NCBI GenBank assembly: GCA_964016885.1
Contig: OZ024740.1
Location: 323,826,001 to 323,890,000 of the forward strand
Origin: Eledone cirrhosa
Taxonomy: Eukaryota
Direction of reading: 5' to 3'
DNA length: 64,000 nucleotides
This document shows, in pieces, positions 28,812 to 43,138 of the stretch. How positions within the stretch are numbered: the first letter of the stretch is position 1; the number at the start of each line of letters is the position of its first letter. The notes under the pieces are model-generated. The model searched no databases. It had not been told where the DNA came from and saw only the letters and a program-made list of their open reading frames with translations. The position numbers were made by a program, and so were the translations under genes.

Positions 28812-29050
28812 TTGGATGTTCCCAAAGCTTAAGGAGAAGCTCAGGACTGTCCGCTTTGAAGCTGTGACAAGTGCCCTGGACACCTTCACTTTGTAGGACT
28901 ACAAAAGGCCTTGCAGAACTAGCTGAGGCGCTAGAACATATGCATTAAAGTTTGAGGATCTTACTTTGAGAAAGACTAGAGTTATGTGAGTATGTGAGTT
29001 AAATAAATGTCTCTCTGACCAAAGTCTCAAAACCTCTTGAGTGTAGCTCC
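28812..29050 (+). mobile_element. Mariner transposase 3' remnant
   Basis: [27 protein letters not shown]...ICIKV*GSYFEKD*, with stop codons. Confidence 0.7.
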
Positions 29051-29208
29051 GATGGCGTTGCTCGGGATTTGCTCTAGGGTTCTTATATATTTGATATATA
29101 TTTATCCTTATCGAGCCTCGTGAAATAAATACGTTTGTTTATATTTTGTTATTGTGTATGTAAAAATATCTCTACACGAATAAAGATATTTTTTCCAATT
29201 CCATTCTT

Positions 29209-29244
29209 TCTTCTGATGAAGGACTAGCGTCCGAAATGTTAAGA
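29209..29244 (+). ncRNA. Minimal hammerhead motif (GGAC-stem family)
   Basis: tctt CTGATGA A GGAC TAGC GTCC GAAA TGTT aaga; flanks are homologous to 3195-3275. Confidence 0.6.
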
Positions 29245-29986
29245 CCCTCTTCCTGTTATATCAAACGTTAATCTAATATATACCTTCCATATACTGTACC
29301 GATTGTGTTGTTATTTCTGTTTACCTTTTACATATATATATACAAGTATAAATTCTACGAGAATCGCATTTCACCGGGTAGAAAAAGCGAAACGTAACGC
29401 AAATTCCGAGTCATGCTGGCAAGCGCTCCATGGGCTAAATAAGACCAGAGCAATAAACATAGGTATAAAGGCTATACAAACTGAGAAGGCGGTGAAGAAG
29501 CCATATATATATATATAATAAGGGTTGACGGACCCAGCATATTTATCAATGACAGTACCGGTTGTATCTCAGCGCACTCCATGGGCAATGTAGGATACAT
29601 TACCAGAGTATGCACAAAGTTATTTGCTTCAACACAACACACGTAAAATAGGTGCCTATAAGGTTCCCAGACTCGAGTTTCTGCCGCACTAATGCAGCAG
29701 TAAGGTGCACTGCATCATCTGTCTCCATATATTATGCAACAATGCACAATCGGCTTGTGCGGCTTCGTCAGCGGCTATCGCCTAATCAATAACCAATCGA
29801 TCGACAGAATCCTAAGACCAGTCTATGCCGGCCATGACTGTTTGTGACGACTGACACGGTAAAGCTATTAGCAACTGGCACCCGATAGGACTCTATCTCT
29901 CAACTAGCCACTGATTGACAAATTTTACGTGGGGATGTAATTATTATTATTAATATATATATATATATATTAATAATAATAATCAT

Positions 29987-30228
29987 TTTTCTACTTTTGG
30001 CACAAGGCCAGCAATTATCCCAGTGCATTATTAGTGTTTTAAAAGTACCAGTCATGCACTGGATAATTGCTGGCCTTGTGCCAAAAAGTAGAAACAATTA
30101 TTAGTGTTTTATTTTATCGACCTCGTAAGGATGAAAGTCAAAGCTAACCTCGGCCGGATTTGAACTCAGACCATAAAGGGGCGTAACTATACTGCAAAGC
30201 ATGGCGTCCGACCCTCTGCCGATATTGC
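29987..30228 (-). mobile_element. SINE with a nested, oppositely oriented SINE 3' fragment (30042-30096)
   Basis: The nested fragment is flanked by a 15-bp TSD attattagtgtttta (30027-30041, 30097-30111). Confidence 0.8.
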
Positions 30229-31242
30229 GTGTGTGTGTATTTTACATGCGCACATTCACACAAACTTACAGAAGTCCGTTAATGATAAGTAAAAAAAAAT
30301 AGTTACAAATAAAACTAAAAGTGAAAGTGTTATACTAGCTCCTAATGTTATACTCACGGTCGTATGATTCAAGGTTCAATTCCCAGATCAGGTGGTGCAT
30401 TGTGTCAACGTTGCTCCAGTCCACTCAAATGGAAAAAATGAATACCAGCTACTTGCGGTTGAACTTAACGCCATTGAAACCTGAATGTCGGCCTGACGAG
30501 CTAACAGTCTTGGGACAGACTGTTACATTGAATATTAATAGCATAAGTTTGTAATGTAAATATGTTTAGCCTTACCATTCACTTATCCAGGATCAGTTTA
30601 AAAATCAAACAGCTGTTGTTGTTTAGCCTAATGTCAGTCATGATCGCTCAGACTTATGACAAAGGACAATCTAGGCGTGACCATCCCACATTTTCACAGT
30701 GCCTTTAGGAACATATGATCTCATGTTTGCTCTTCTTTTAAACAGTGAAATGTGCGATTTGAGGTTGATTTGTCTGCTACTTCTAACAAGGCGAACAGCC
30801 GTGCGGAGCAATCCTTTGTTGATTTGAATAGGTACCAGTAATTTTCTGAGATCCAAACAAGCGATGCTTCACTCTATTTGATCGTATCCTTGGTGGCCCA
30901 ATTCACAAACTTGATACGAACTTTATAAAACCATCTCGGGGCAGGTGATAAAAACGTTAATAAATCCACAAACTCAGATGATTAAAGACTTCTCCATACG
31001 GAAGAGTATTCTCATATATATATGGTGGTGGCTTTGTTCCCTTAACCAGTTTTCAATTTGTCACGCCAGTTAACGTATGCTTATTATTCTAAGATGTAAC
31101 TTATCGATTTATTGATATTTTCTTATTTAGTGCTTCGATTTATTTATATCTTCTTATTTAGTGCTTCGTACAAAGCTCCGAATATTGTTTATTTCGTGGA
31201 TGCTGGCCGAGCACATCAACTTTGGTTTTACTAACTTCCACT

Positions 31243-31282
<40 letters not shown>

Positions 31283-32591
31283 CACTGTCTTATAAATGTG
31301 ATAACAGATTTGCAAATCTTTTAACTGGAACTACATGTACAATCTATTGTTGTGAACATAATGTAGTCAACATTTTATCTGACCTTCTGAATTTGTTAAC
31401 GTATATTAAAACCAGACTTGTACGGTATAAATACAGGCACACACGTAGGACAGATCAGTTCTTGAAAATCAGAAACACATAAATGAATTATACAGCAGAC
31501 ATAATTCCAATCAAACATATAACATGAATAAAAATCAAACAAGTGTATACTCTTTCCTATTTTTATTGGGTGCCAATATCACGTGATTCTTCAAAAATTG
31601 AAAAAAAAAAAACATTTGAAAAAATGAAAAATAAAAATATTTATTACATAGGCATGACGCCTGCAAGTTATAGAGATGGGTTGGAAATGGGAGGGGTATC
31701 TGTGGCGATTATGCATTTCTCAAGGTCATTTGTTAAAGCAATTGTAATGGGAATTGAGAACGAGGCTCTCCGAACACCGTTCGCTTCAGCTTATTTTTTG
31801 ACGCCATTAACGATAAAAATTGAAAATAGTAAAACAAAATAATGGGAAAATAGTTTAAATACATAAATAAAGAAGTCAGATCTCTTCTTATACTTTTTGA
31901 GTTCTTCATCTTATACAAGTTCAGTTTTTATAACCTTTCTCTCCACACCGTCATCCTTGTTATTATATTAACATATTTTGTTTGGCGACTTCACAAAATT
32001 AAAATGAAACTTTCTATACATAGATTTAACTATAAAAGTCAGTCCCAGCAATTAAAAAAATAATAAAAATAAAACAGAAATATACCAAAACAACAATTGT
32101 TTTATATAAACAATAGTATTGCTGTTTTCTTATGTTCTTTCTATTAGGTTTTGCCGAGGATGCGTTTTGCATGCATTTGTGTGTATAGGAACTATACGTG
32201 CATGCACTGAGTACTTAAATAATATCATATATATATATATATGTATGTATGCAAATATACTTACATATTCACACAATATATGCTTATTTGTTTGTGTGTA
32301 CTTTTGTATTAGCATCTATATTCATTCATGCATATATTTTATATACTTATACATTGCAAGGACATGTGCATGTATATGTTCATATATATATATACACACA
32401 TATTTTTGCGTATACAAATGTGTATGTATATGTGTTTATATATATATACATTCATATATATGTCTTATATGGAAATCTCAATATATTAGAGGTTAATTAT
32501 TGCAGGCAATTTATATATATATAATATACACACACACATATATATATACGCACATACATATATATATATATATATATTTCGAAAATATTCT

Positions 32592-32630
<39 letters not shown>

Positions 32631-32695
32631 TATATACACATATATATATATACATATATATACACACACACACATATATATATATACATATATAT

Positions 32696-32738
<43 letters not shown>

Positions 32739-32753
32739 TATACACACACACAC

Positions 32754-32798
<45 letters not shown>

Positions 32799-33812
32799 CG
32801 TATATAATAATACACATATATATATATGTTATAATCCCCTCGTGGGATATTTAAATTGAATTGGAAGCATTTGTGTCATGTTGTTTATAAGGGTATGAGG
32901 GTTATCTAAATAGAACAGTAATACGCAAGAATAATCTTAATATTTTCTTATAAAGCAAACATCTTTCCACTATATTTTAAACCGTAATTTTTGTGGGGAT
33001 TCAGGTTTGGTTTTTCTCGTAGTATATATATATTTTGGTTGTAATATGTTATTATTTAATGTTATTTATAAAGAAGGCATATAAGAATCTGAAATAATGC
33101 CGCGATATTATATTTATTTTTTTATATCGCCAGCACTTATTAATTTTTTTTAAAATTATTTTTTGAGATTTCGAAGTCACAAAAAAATATTTTTTTTTTT
33201 ATTAAATTTCGTAAAATGTTTATTTTTTTTAAATCTTTTTAATTCTTAAATTAAAAAAAATCTCTATTCCATTATTCTCTCTTCTGCTGTATATTTTTTG
33301 TTTTTGTGTTTTTTTTTTCCAGTTTTCATTTTTTTTTTAATTAAAAAAATCTTTTTTTGTTTAAGTTTTCAGAATAAATTCAAGGTACGCTAGTAAACAA
33401 AAAATGATAAACGAAATGTTGGGGTAGGGGGAAAACAGGTAATTATTATAGTTTTTTTTAATGTATTTTTTAGGGGGCTGTTTTTTTTTTCTTTTTGAAT
33501 TTTGGTTTATATACTGTTCACTCGGTGAAATAGCATACCTTGTTGTTTTAATGACAGGTAGAGGGGTTGTCACAGTAGAGAAAGTTTTAACAAACAATAA
33601 ATCAACTATTAAAGAGGAAGCGGTAGTAGAAGGTGGGGAGGGATGATGGAAGGAGGATGGAAAAGGAAGAAGAGGATTAGAAGGTATGGCGAGAGGATGG
33701 GGGAAATAGTTTCAGCTTTTCAATAATGAAATAACTTAAAGGTGGGGGAAAACATTAACATCAATTTCAACAAAAAACAAGAACAGCAACAACAAGAACA
33801 ACAACAAGGAGC

Positions 33813-33856
<44 letters not shown>

Positions 33857-34069
33857 ATAGTAGTATACATTGCTTTGCTTTCAGCGGGGCGGGGTTCAGT
33901 ATTTAAAGATGAAAAAAATAATAATAATAAATAAAAAAGGAATTATATGAACAAACAAAACAAATGCAACAAACAAGAAAACAATGTAACCAGTCACGGC
34001 AGTTGTTGCTTTTGCCAGATTTAAGCCAAAGCTTCTTTTACTTGCTTTGCCATTCATATTTATATATAT

Positions 34070-34379
34070 AAATATAAATAATATATATATATATATATAC
34101 ATATATATGAATATTATATATATATATGAATATTATATATATAATTTATATATATTATATATATATAAATAATATATATATAAATAATATATATATATGA
34201 ATATTATATATATATATGAATATTATATATATATATGAATATAATATATATATATGAATATAATATATATATATATGAATATAATATATATATATATGAA
34301 TATAATATATATATATATGAATATAATATATATATATGAATATAATATATATATGAATATAATATATATATATAAAATA

Positions 34380-34410
<31 letters not shown>

Positions 34411-34580
34411 ATATATATTATATATATAATATATATATATATATATAATATATATATATATAATATATATATATATTTTATATATATATATAATATACAT
34501 ATATATATAATATATTTATATATATATAATATATATATTATATATATATATATAATATATATATATATAATATATTTTAT

Positions 34581-34611
<31 letters not shown>

Positions 34612-34612
34612 G
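34070..34612. repeat. Almost pure A/T minisatellite (gaatataatatatatatat-like unit)
   Basis: Directly visible. Confidence 0.85.
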
Positions 34613-34849
34613 TACAAATAGAGTCTCACTGTCTCAATATGGCGTGTGGGGGTATAGTTATCCATTTAACCGAGGCTACCCTCGCAATTTCAAAACAGAA
34701 ACCCTCTATTAAGGGGTGCTTAGTCATGGAAGCAAGCAAGGGAAATATAATTCCTATATCCTTGGCTGAATAGCAAGATTATTTGTAACTATACTCTTTA
34801 TACAAAGCGCCCCCTAGACATTTTTCCCACACACTTTGTATTTGTGTGC

Positions 34850-34896
<47 letters not shown>

Positions 34897-35098
34897 TATT
34901 GATGAACCAATCAAATGCTTATATAATTTGTAAGGTTTGTTTTACTTTAATTTTTCTTTATTCCTTTTTTCCCAATAATTACATTTGAGCTACGTATATA
35001 AGCTCAACGAAATTTTCAGTATGTTGTTTTTTCTTCTTTCGAACAATTCTTGCCTTGATAATATATATTTTGGGTTTAAAGCCATCATCAACAGCGAT

Positions 35099-35173
<75 letters not shown>

Positions 35174-35930
35174 TATATAATATATATATAGCATCATCTT
35201 TGCTATCTCCTGTTGTTTTTACCATTATATTAATTATTATTATTATTACTATTATCATCATTATTCTTATTTTCATTGCACGCTCTTACCGAGCACAGTT
35301 CTGTGCGCTTTGGGTATGTGCGGTGTTGTTTATGCTGTTGCTTCTATTGTATTGAAAGTATTATTACTATCACTAATGTTTTTTTGCTCTATAGAAACAG
35401 CAATAAGTCTTAAGCTGTCTATTTATTTTTCTCATATATTATATTTTCAATCATGTTCGTTCCCGCCTATATTTTTTATCAGGAATAGAAACAATCCAAA
35501 CCGTCATATTTCAACGAACATAGTTCCACAGCTGTATTGTAACTCACACTATCTCCATCTCTCTCTCTTCTTTCTTTCTAGAGTTATTATATCTTTTTTT
35601 TTTTTTTACAGCTCTTTATGTTTATTTTCCCCCATATAACAAATAACACAGCATCACCGTACGCAATCCACATTATCTACAAAATTTCTAAATGCATAAT
35701 ATTTCGATCATTGCTATAACGTCTTCAATAATAGTTGCGATTGTTGCGTTTCTTTTCTGCTTTTAACTTTTGCTTTTTATTTTGTATTTGTCTTTGTTGT
35801 TGTTGATGTTATTGTAGCAAAAGAAAAAAAAACTGCATGTAAATGGTTGTCTTGTCGAGCAGGCATTTAAATATCATGCCTATGACAATGGGAGAAAAAT
35901 GGAGCACACTAAAATAAAGTACTCTCGTTA

Positions 35931-37571
35931 TTAGGATATTGCGCAGTGTTTACTTCGACCACGATGGCTTCTACCACTTACGTTCCGACCTTCCACACGG
36001 CCACCACGTCCCATTCTACATACTGACATACCGACATCGTCCACGTAGGAAATGCGGGTGCCATAGCGACTGGAACAATCGAAAGAATAGTAATAATCAT
36101 CGGAGTCGCTGGAACTTGAACACGTGCTACAATGATCGTCAACATGATCACCATCGACATACTTCTCACTGTTGCTGGATAAGGCTGGATCTGATGGGCT
36201 GCGTTTGTATTCCCCTGTTGTTGACACTTCCCCTTGGTGAGGTGGTTCGCTAAAGTGGACAACCATCGGTCTACTGTCGAAACTGCGACTCCGTGGACAG
36301 CCGAGTGGTATGTGCTGCTGCTGCTGTTGTTGTTGCTGTTGTTGTTGTTGTTGCTGTTGTTGTTGTTGTTGTTGTTGTTGATGATGATGATGCTGCTGGT
36401 GTTGATGGTGCTGTTGTTGAAGATGGCGGTGTTGTAGCTGCTGTTGTTGTTGTTGGATCATATGCTGCCTCATTTCGTACTGGATTCTGGGATCATTAGG
36501 CCTTGATATGGGATTCATTTTCTTGTCGTCTGGCAGTGGTATAGATGAATAATCCCTGGTTGGTGTCAAAGAACGTTGGTTCCGTTGGTGTTGTTGGATC
36601 ACGTCATCCTGGCACGTCTTTACGGAACATTCTGTCGAAGAACTCGATCTGTTATATGAAGAAACATGATTCGATAGAATTTCTTGGTATATGTTCTCCT
36701 CCTCAGCTCGTTTATAGTCAGAATGATGTTGAGGATTATCAAGATTTCGTTCGGAGCCGTGTCGCCCTCGGTTCCAATTGTTAAACGCGGCTCTTCTCTC
36801 GGTTTCGGGAGAGCCTGGCATGTCTTTTGTAAGATCTGGCATTGAGAATTGAGACAAACGATTTTTTCTTCTCAGTTCTTTACAAACAGGTGCTGAATCG
36901 ACGAAACCGTTCCGAGTAAAGTCGTAATCAAATATATCTGTTTCGTCTTTGTGGGGGGTAACTGGGCGGACATAGTCGAACCCACCAAGTGGGGCATATA
37001 CCTCGCTATTGCTGCTTGTCGCGTAGCCCTGGTCGCGGTCTGATGAGACACAGCTGTCCAACGTACACTGTTGCTGGAAATCACTGGTCAGCGGAGTTTC
37101 CAGTGATGCATCGTGGATGGACAGCGACATCTGGTCTTGGGCTGGAGGGGAATGGGGCAAGGCATAACTCTGGAGATTTAAATCATGAAAATAGTCTTCG
37201 GGCCTCCTAGGTGTCTGGGTCTGCATTGACCCCGCACGACTGCACGACGCAGAGCAATAAATGACTCCATGTTTGGGTAAATAACGTTGTCCCAGTAATG
37301 ACTTTTGACACGTGTGACACTTAAAGCATTGAGGAAGAGCATGCCAGTGTTGGCCTTCGTACATGATCTGATCTTCTTCAGTGCTAATACTATCTCCACA
37401 CGTATCACAATAACGGGTATACATCCTGTCAAAGCAGTCGCAGCAAAAGGGACGGCCTTCTCGCATGAAATAACGTGTTCCACCGAGCTGAAAATCACAC
37501 TCAAAACAACAGAAATGCTTCATGTGCCAGCTTCGACCTTCTGCTTCCGTACATTCATCTGCAAATATGAT
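35931..37571 (-). CDS. prickle: Prickle-family LIM protein, terminal coding exon (rest of LIM2, LIM3, polyQ/H, Ser-rich conserved block, CAAX)
   Basis: Acceptor tatttcag|ATC gives [26 protein letters not shown]..., joining in frame to ...CAACDE of the upstream exon. Contains LIM3 (CDTCGDSI...HWHA..CFKC..C), the [18 protein letters not shown] block typical of the Prickle C-terminus, and terminal CAIS-stop (CAAX). Confidence 0.93.
   Translation of the reverse strand: MIFADECTEAEGRSWHMKHFCCFECDFQLGGTRYFMREGRPFCCDCFDRMYTRYCDTCGDSISTEEDQIMYEGQHWHALPQCFKCHTCQKSLLGQRYLPKHGVIYCSASCSRAGSMQTQTPRRPEDYFHDLNLQSYALPHSPPAQDQMSLSIHDASLETPLTSDFQQQCTLDSCVSSDRDQGYATSSNSEVYAPLGGFDYVRPVTPHKDETDIFDYDFTRNGFVDSAPVCKELRRKNRLSQFSMPDLTKDMPGSPETERRAAFNNWNRGRHGSERNLDNPQHHSDYKRAEEENIYQEILSNHVSSYNRSSSSTECSVKTCQDDVIQQHQRNQRSLTPTRDYSSIPLPDDKKMNPISRPNDPRIQYEMRQHMIQQQQQQLQHRHLQQQHHQHQQHHHHQQQQQQQQQQQQQQQQQQQQQQHIPLGCPRSRSFDSRPMVVHFSEPPHQGEVSTTGEYKRSPSDPALSSNSEKYVDGDHVDDHCSTCSSSSDSDDYYYSFDCSSRYGTRISYVDDVGMSVCRMGRGGRVEGRNVSGRSHRGRSKHCAIS
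36315..36455 (-). repeat. Coding CAA/CAG/CAT repeat (Q22 run plus Q/H-rich tract)
   Basis: (TTG/CTG)n on plus strand; uninterrupted Gln run at 36315-36380. Confidence 0.9.
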
Positions 37572-37723
37572 CTGAAATACAAAGAAAAGACAAAATGAGT
37601 GAATAGTTAAGAATATATGTGTATATAATATGTATAAACTCTACATGTTACAGTCTATTGTTTAAACTCACGTGTAATTGTAAAAGGGAACAAATAGGTT
37701 AAAAAGTAGAGTATCATCATCAT

Positions 37724-38146
37724 TAGGTAGTATGGGTAGAGGGTCAGACATCATGCTTTCCAGCATAGTTACGTCCCTTTACGGTCTGAGTTCAAATCCC
37801 GTCGAGGTTGACTTTGCCTTTCATCCTTACGGGGTCGATAAAATAAAGTACCAGTAATGTACTGGCCAATTGCTGGCCTTGTGCCAAAAGTAGAAACAAT
37901 TATTTAACGACCGCTTTCCCTGTTAGCAAGGGTTGGATAGGTCGTCACAGACCAAATTTAGTACTTAATAGGGTTTACCGACCTTTCAAACAGACTGCGA
38001 ACCACACTTCACTCACGGCCCTTGGTATTCTGAGTTCAAATCCCGCCGAAGTTAACTTTGCCTTTCATCATTACGAGGTCGATAAAATAAAGTACCAGTA
38101 ATGCACTGGGTAATTGCTGACCTTGTGCCAAAAGTAGAAATAATTA
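37724..38146 (+). mobile_element. Two SINE copies (37724-37903 and 5'-truncated 38025-38146)
   Basis: Match the main SINE family. Confidence 0.8.
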
Positions 38147-38628
38147 TTGCACTGTACCAGAGAGGCTTTACTTTTGACACACAGAAGAGTCCTACATCCT
38201 TTTTTAACTTGTGTTCTACAGATGGATCCCTTTTCTATCATCAATCACATTAACGAGTGTACTGGGTGCATTTTTGAGGCGTTGACACAAGACACGTTGT
38301 TGTGTCATGGCTTAATCTGACTTTGCAAGTTTCAACATTACCTAAACACCTACGTCTTCCATCCATCGTCCACTCAGATTCGTAAATATTCAACGACAAA
38401 TAACAACAATTAGTATGGCGGGACATGTTCAGCACAAATTCTCATGTTAATGCAAAGTTGATATGGGGACAAGTTATATCACTTCTACGGGAATTATGAA
38501 TTTAAATATCAAAGGAATATAACGACACACGTATCTGTTGCGTAAGTACAGGGATTGGCAACACAACACACAAACCCTTTCAGACGGCTTCTCACACTTA
38601 TGTTTTCCCATACATTATACATATATAT

Positions 38629-38767
<139 letters not shown>

Positions 38768-39329
38768 TCAGTACACGTGTATGCACATAATTATATACAC
38801 GATGTACAAACTCGTAACCATGTACATTTGTAGATAATATGATAATATACAGAAGCGTGTTCGTGAATGAGATTTTGTTCAACTGCCAAACGCTGTCTTG
38901 GTTAGTTGTATGTGTAACAGCAATACCATTACATTTTTCTTTTTCTTTTGACTGTTTATAGAACAATCATGATCAAATGTTACATAAACTGTATGATGTA
39001 CATTTTACACATTCTACAAATTTACAACCTTAAACAGGGAAAGGAGAGGTCGTACCATCCTCATACTGGTAAGGGGTCAGTGTCAGAGTGAGGTGCCAAA
39101 ATGTATGAACTTGTGCCAATTAACACATTTAATGAGGAAGAATTAGTCAGCAATGTGTTTAAATATAATTATATATACACGTGTTCACCTAGCTGCACAC
39201 ACACAGAGATGAAAAAGAAAGTTGCATGCACGCACACATACATCCGTAGGTTTTATATCTATATGTGTGTGTGTGTATGTATGTATTCCATTTACGTATG
39301 TCTGTGTATATGCCTATTTGATGCAGGCA

Positions 39330-39392
<63 letters not shown>

Positions 39393-39548
39393 GAGAGAGA
39401 TATGTACACATACATACCCACCCTCACGGACACGTACACACACATACATATAGGTATCTCACCCATACCCTCACCAATCTCCATCATCATCATCATCATC
39501 ATCAACTCTTCTACAACATCATACAGTAAAATACTATGCCCCCCCTCC

Positions 39549-39580
<32 letters not shown>

Positions 39581-39777
39581 AACTCATTCACAACAGTAAT
39601 AGCAGTTAGTGATGCTGCTGCTACTGTTGCTGCTGTTGCTAGTACTGTTGCTTCTACTGTTACTGCAGGTTCTCAATGCTGTCTTCATCAAACGAACCTT
39701 GCTTTACACTCGATTACACAAGAAAAATGTGTTGCGCTAAATGCCAAGTCAAAGCTACTTAGTGAGAGAGAAGGTAA

Positions 39778-39809
<32 letters not shown>

Positions 39810-39999
39810 GGGGGCACACAGACAGACAACTATCTATCTATATATCTACTGTCTCTCTCTCTCTCTCTCTCTTTTTCTCATATATATATATATATATATA
39901 TGTGTGTGTATCTATATATATATATAAAAAGGAACGATCGACTTTCGTCAAATCGGACCGAGGGAACAATGTTTCCGTTGGTCTTTCCAATTGCTAATT

Positions 40000-40085
<86 letters not shown>

Positions 40086-40161
40086 ATGTATATATTTATA
40101 TATAAATATATATATATATATGTGTGTGTGTGTATGTATATATTTATATATATATATATAT

Positions 40162-40193
<32 letters not shown>

Positions 40194-40333
40194 CAGTTTA
40201 ACGTCGATATTAAAGTACGAATATGACCTATACTTATAGACATATAAACGCAAACACACACATATATATCTAAATATTCAGACACACATACCCTATACAT
40301 ACATATTTCACCGTACTGCCTACACTATATATT

Positions 40334-40369
<36 letters not shown>

Positions 40370-40737
40370 AATATATATCTACATATATATATCTACATAT
40401 ATATATATATATATTTACACATATATATATATTATACACAAATAAAGACAGTTGAATGAAAAGGGTGGAACAGACAGACACATACATACATGTATGTATG
40501 TTTATATCTATGTGTGTTTATATATATATATATGTGTATGTGTGTGTGTGTGTATATATATAAGTATAATACTAGAGATGAGTGGCAGAGTCATTCTATT
40601 TTAGTTCTAACTAATGTTGTGTAGTTTCTTACATCAATGATATGATAGTCTCTACTGACTGAAATATATTAATATATTAATTGCTTTTCTATTTCAAACA
40701 GATAAAAATGTCCCATTATATATATAGAATGAGAGAG

Positions 40738-40865
40738 AGTCGGGACAGCTGAACTCTTGCCGTTTCATTGTAACTAGCAGTTGAAACAGCAAGAGCTCAG
40801 CCGTCGGGGTCCCGACTCTTTCAAATTACCATACTCTACTACCCAAAGTATCGAGTACTCTGGTG
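40738..40865 (+). mobile_element. Hairpin-forming short repeat family, copy 1 (others at 42578-42745, 42878-43057 and 44020-44250 minus)
   Basis: Shared gagctc.gccgtcgg...actctactaccc.aa.tat.gagyac; fold-back 5' parts. Confidence 0.7.
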
Positions 40866-40895
40866 ATTAATGGTTTAAACAGTTTTTACTACATC

Positions 40896-40924
<29 letters not shown>

Positions 40925-40926
<2 letters not shown>

Positions 40927-42192
40927 CTATCTATCTAAGGCGGGTAAAATTCCCGAGATCCATGGACGAGTTCTCTCCAGCGGTCTCTGTCCCTCATTAT
41001 CGCTGCCATATCCTGCATCTCCAACAGACCAGTGTCTGTCCTTAGGGCATCAACATATGTTAACCTTGGTCTTCCTCTTCTAGTGTGTCCATGTAGGGGC
41101 TCCCAAAGGAGCACTGAGTGCAATGTCAACTCTGGATGTCGGTGAGCATGTCCAGCCAAACTCAGTCTTCTCTGTGTCACTTTTGAGCTGACTTTTGGGA
41201 TGCTCCCATACAGCTCTGAGTTTTTCATCCTCAGTGTATACTGATTAATGTTCAGAGCCATCCTCAGCATTCTCGTGTAGCACCCATCCACCACCTGAGT
41301 GAGTCTCTTGGTCAGTGTCCAAGTCTCAGACCCATACAGCAGCACAGACTCCACTACAGCAATGAAGAGGCGGATTTTCAGGTCTCTACGAAGGTCCGAC
41401 TTCCACACCGATCTCAAGCTGTGACACGCCGCCCAGGCCTTGCTCTTCCTCTCAACCAAATCATCTTCCGTATTCCCAATCTTTGCTCCCAAATACAGGA
41501 AGTCCTCAACCAATTCCAGCGGCTTCCCGCCTACATTAGTGATCCCCTCTGGCTTCTCAACATTCTCTACCAGATATTTTGTTTTAGTCTCATTCATTCT
41601 CAGCCCCACACTCATCGACACAGTCTCAACCTCCCGCATCAAATCCTCTGCCTCCTTCACTGTATTTGTCACCAAAACTATGTCGTCGGCAAATTCAGCA
41701 TCCGATACCTTTTTCGCCCCAACTCTCCTGCTCTGAGCCGGTGCTACAGTAAAGCCAGAGTCCTGGTGTTTCTCCAGTGCAAGGCGCATACAATAGTCCA
41801 CTACGATGATAAAAAGGTAGGGAGCCAATGTATCTCCCTGGAGCACTCCAGCCAGTATCTCAAAGAACTCTGTCATCCCATCAGGTGTAATGACTTGGGC
41901 TTTGGTGTTGGTGTAGAGCAGTGATATCAGGTCCACTATCCTCTTGGGGATTCCATAAGCCTGTAAGATCTTCATCAGGCAGTAACGGTCCACAGAATCA
42001 AAGGCCTTCCTAAAGGCAATGAAAACCATGACCGCAGGAAAGCACTTTGCTCTAGCTCCCTCTAATATCCTCCTCAGCATCAGGATGTGACTGGTGGTTG
42101 ATCTACCCTCTCTGAAGCCGTTCTGGTTGTCCCTGAGCTTCTTCTCCATCTCAGGCTGGATCCTGTTAAGAATCATCCTGTTGAGGGTCTTC
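40925..42192 (-). mobile_element. 5'-truncated RTE-clade LINE (RT plus C-terminal domain), uninterrupted ORF
   Basis: KTLNRMILNRI..QNGFR..RST..; FRKAFDSV; GVLQGDTLAPYLF; FADD; FLYLG; LLYGSETW; RRGRPR..; DRDRWR. The stop codon runs into a (TAGA)n tail. Confidence 0.9.
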
Positions 42193-42272
42193 GTGTCCTG
42201 GGTATGACATTAAACTACATCCAGTGGCAAGGCTCCAGTTCGGGAGTTCAGGAGATGTGGGGAATGTGGAGT

Positions 42273-42313
<41 letters not shown>

Positions 42314-42317
<4 letters not shown>

Positions 42318-42526
42318 TATTATAAATGTAAGCTATCGCCGTATTTTTACTAAAGAAATTAAAGAAATTATTTAGCCTGATAGTGGGGTTAAGAACCCTC
42401 GGAGAAATGGAAAAAGATGAGTATTGACGTACATTCTCCGAGGGTTCTTAACCCCACTATCAGGCTAAATAATTTCTTTAATTTCTTTAGTCAAAATACG
42501 GCGATAGCTTACATTTCTAATAATTT
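42314..42526. repeat. Inverted repeat (~93-bp arms, 27-nt spacer) next to (TA)n
   Basis: 42314-42406 is the reverse complement of 42434-42526. Confidence 0.9.
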
Positions 42527-42577
42527 CAAACCCACTCGCTGTTTCGAAAATATTCTTCCTTGATATACACACAAATA

Positions 42578-42809
42578 GGAAAACAGTCAGGACCCCGACG
42601 GCAGAGTTTCGGCCGTTTCGACAGCTAGATCCGGAGCTCAGCCGTCGGGGCCCTGACTCTTTTCCTATTACCCACTCTACTACCCTAATTATCGAGTACT
42701 CTCCTGCGTTATGGTCCACCTGGTATCTTACCACACCTTCTTTGTTATATACATATATATATATCTACATACATATGTATATAAATAAATATATATATAT
42801 GCGCGTGTG

Positions 42810-42878
<69 letters not shown>

Positions 42879-43057
42879 GAAAATGTTTGACGGCAGAGCT
42901 CAAGCCGTTTCGACGGCTATTTCTGGAACAGCCGTCGAAACGGCTTGAGCTCTGCCGTCGGAGTCAAACATTTTCCTAGTACCCACTCTACTACCCTAAG
43001 TATTGAGCACACTGGTGCGCTACGGTCCATCTAGTTCCTTACCACAACTCCTTCGTT
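42578..43057 (+). mobile_element. Two further copies of the hairpin family, separated by (TA)n
   Basis: e.g. gacggcagagctcaagccgtttcgacggct-loop-agccgtcgaaacggcttgagctctgccgtc. Confidence 0.75.
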
Positions 43058-43138
43058 ATATATATATATATATATATTAGAAAGTGAGGGTTTTTTTACA
43101 AAATGAAAAATAACCGAGGTGTCCTACACGAGTGGAAG

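Noticed and set aside
29987-30096. Hairpin as another fold-back element
   Set aside because: Explained by a nested antisense SINE fragment with its own 15-bp TSD.
35939-37598. ORFs antisense or alternative-frame to the prickle exon (and to the RTE at 41421-41924)
   Set aside because: Shadow ORFs of real coding sequence.
39536-39997. 153-aa Thr/Ala-rich ORF
   Set aside because: Built from trinucleotide and dinucleotide repeats; no domain.
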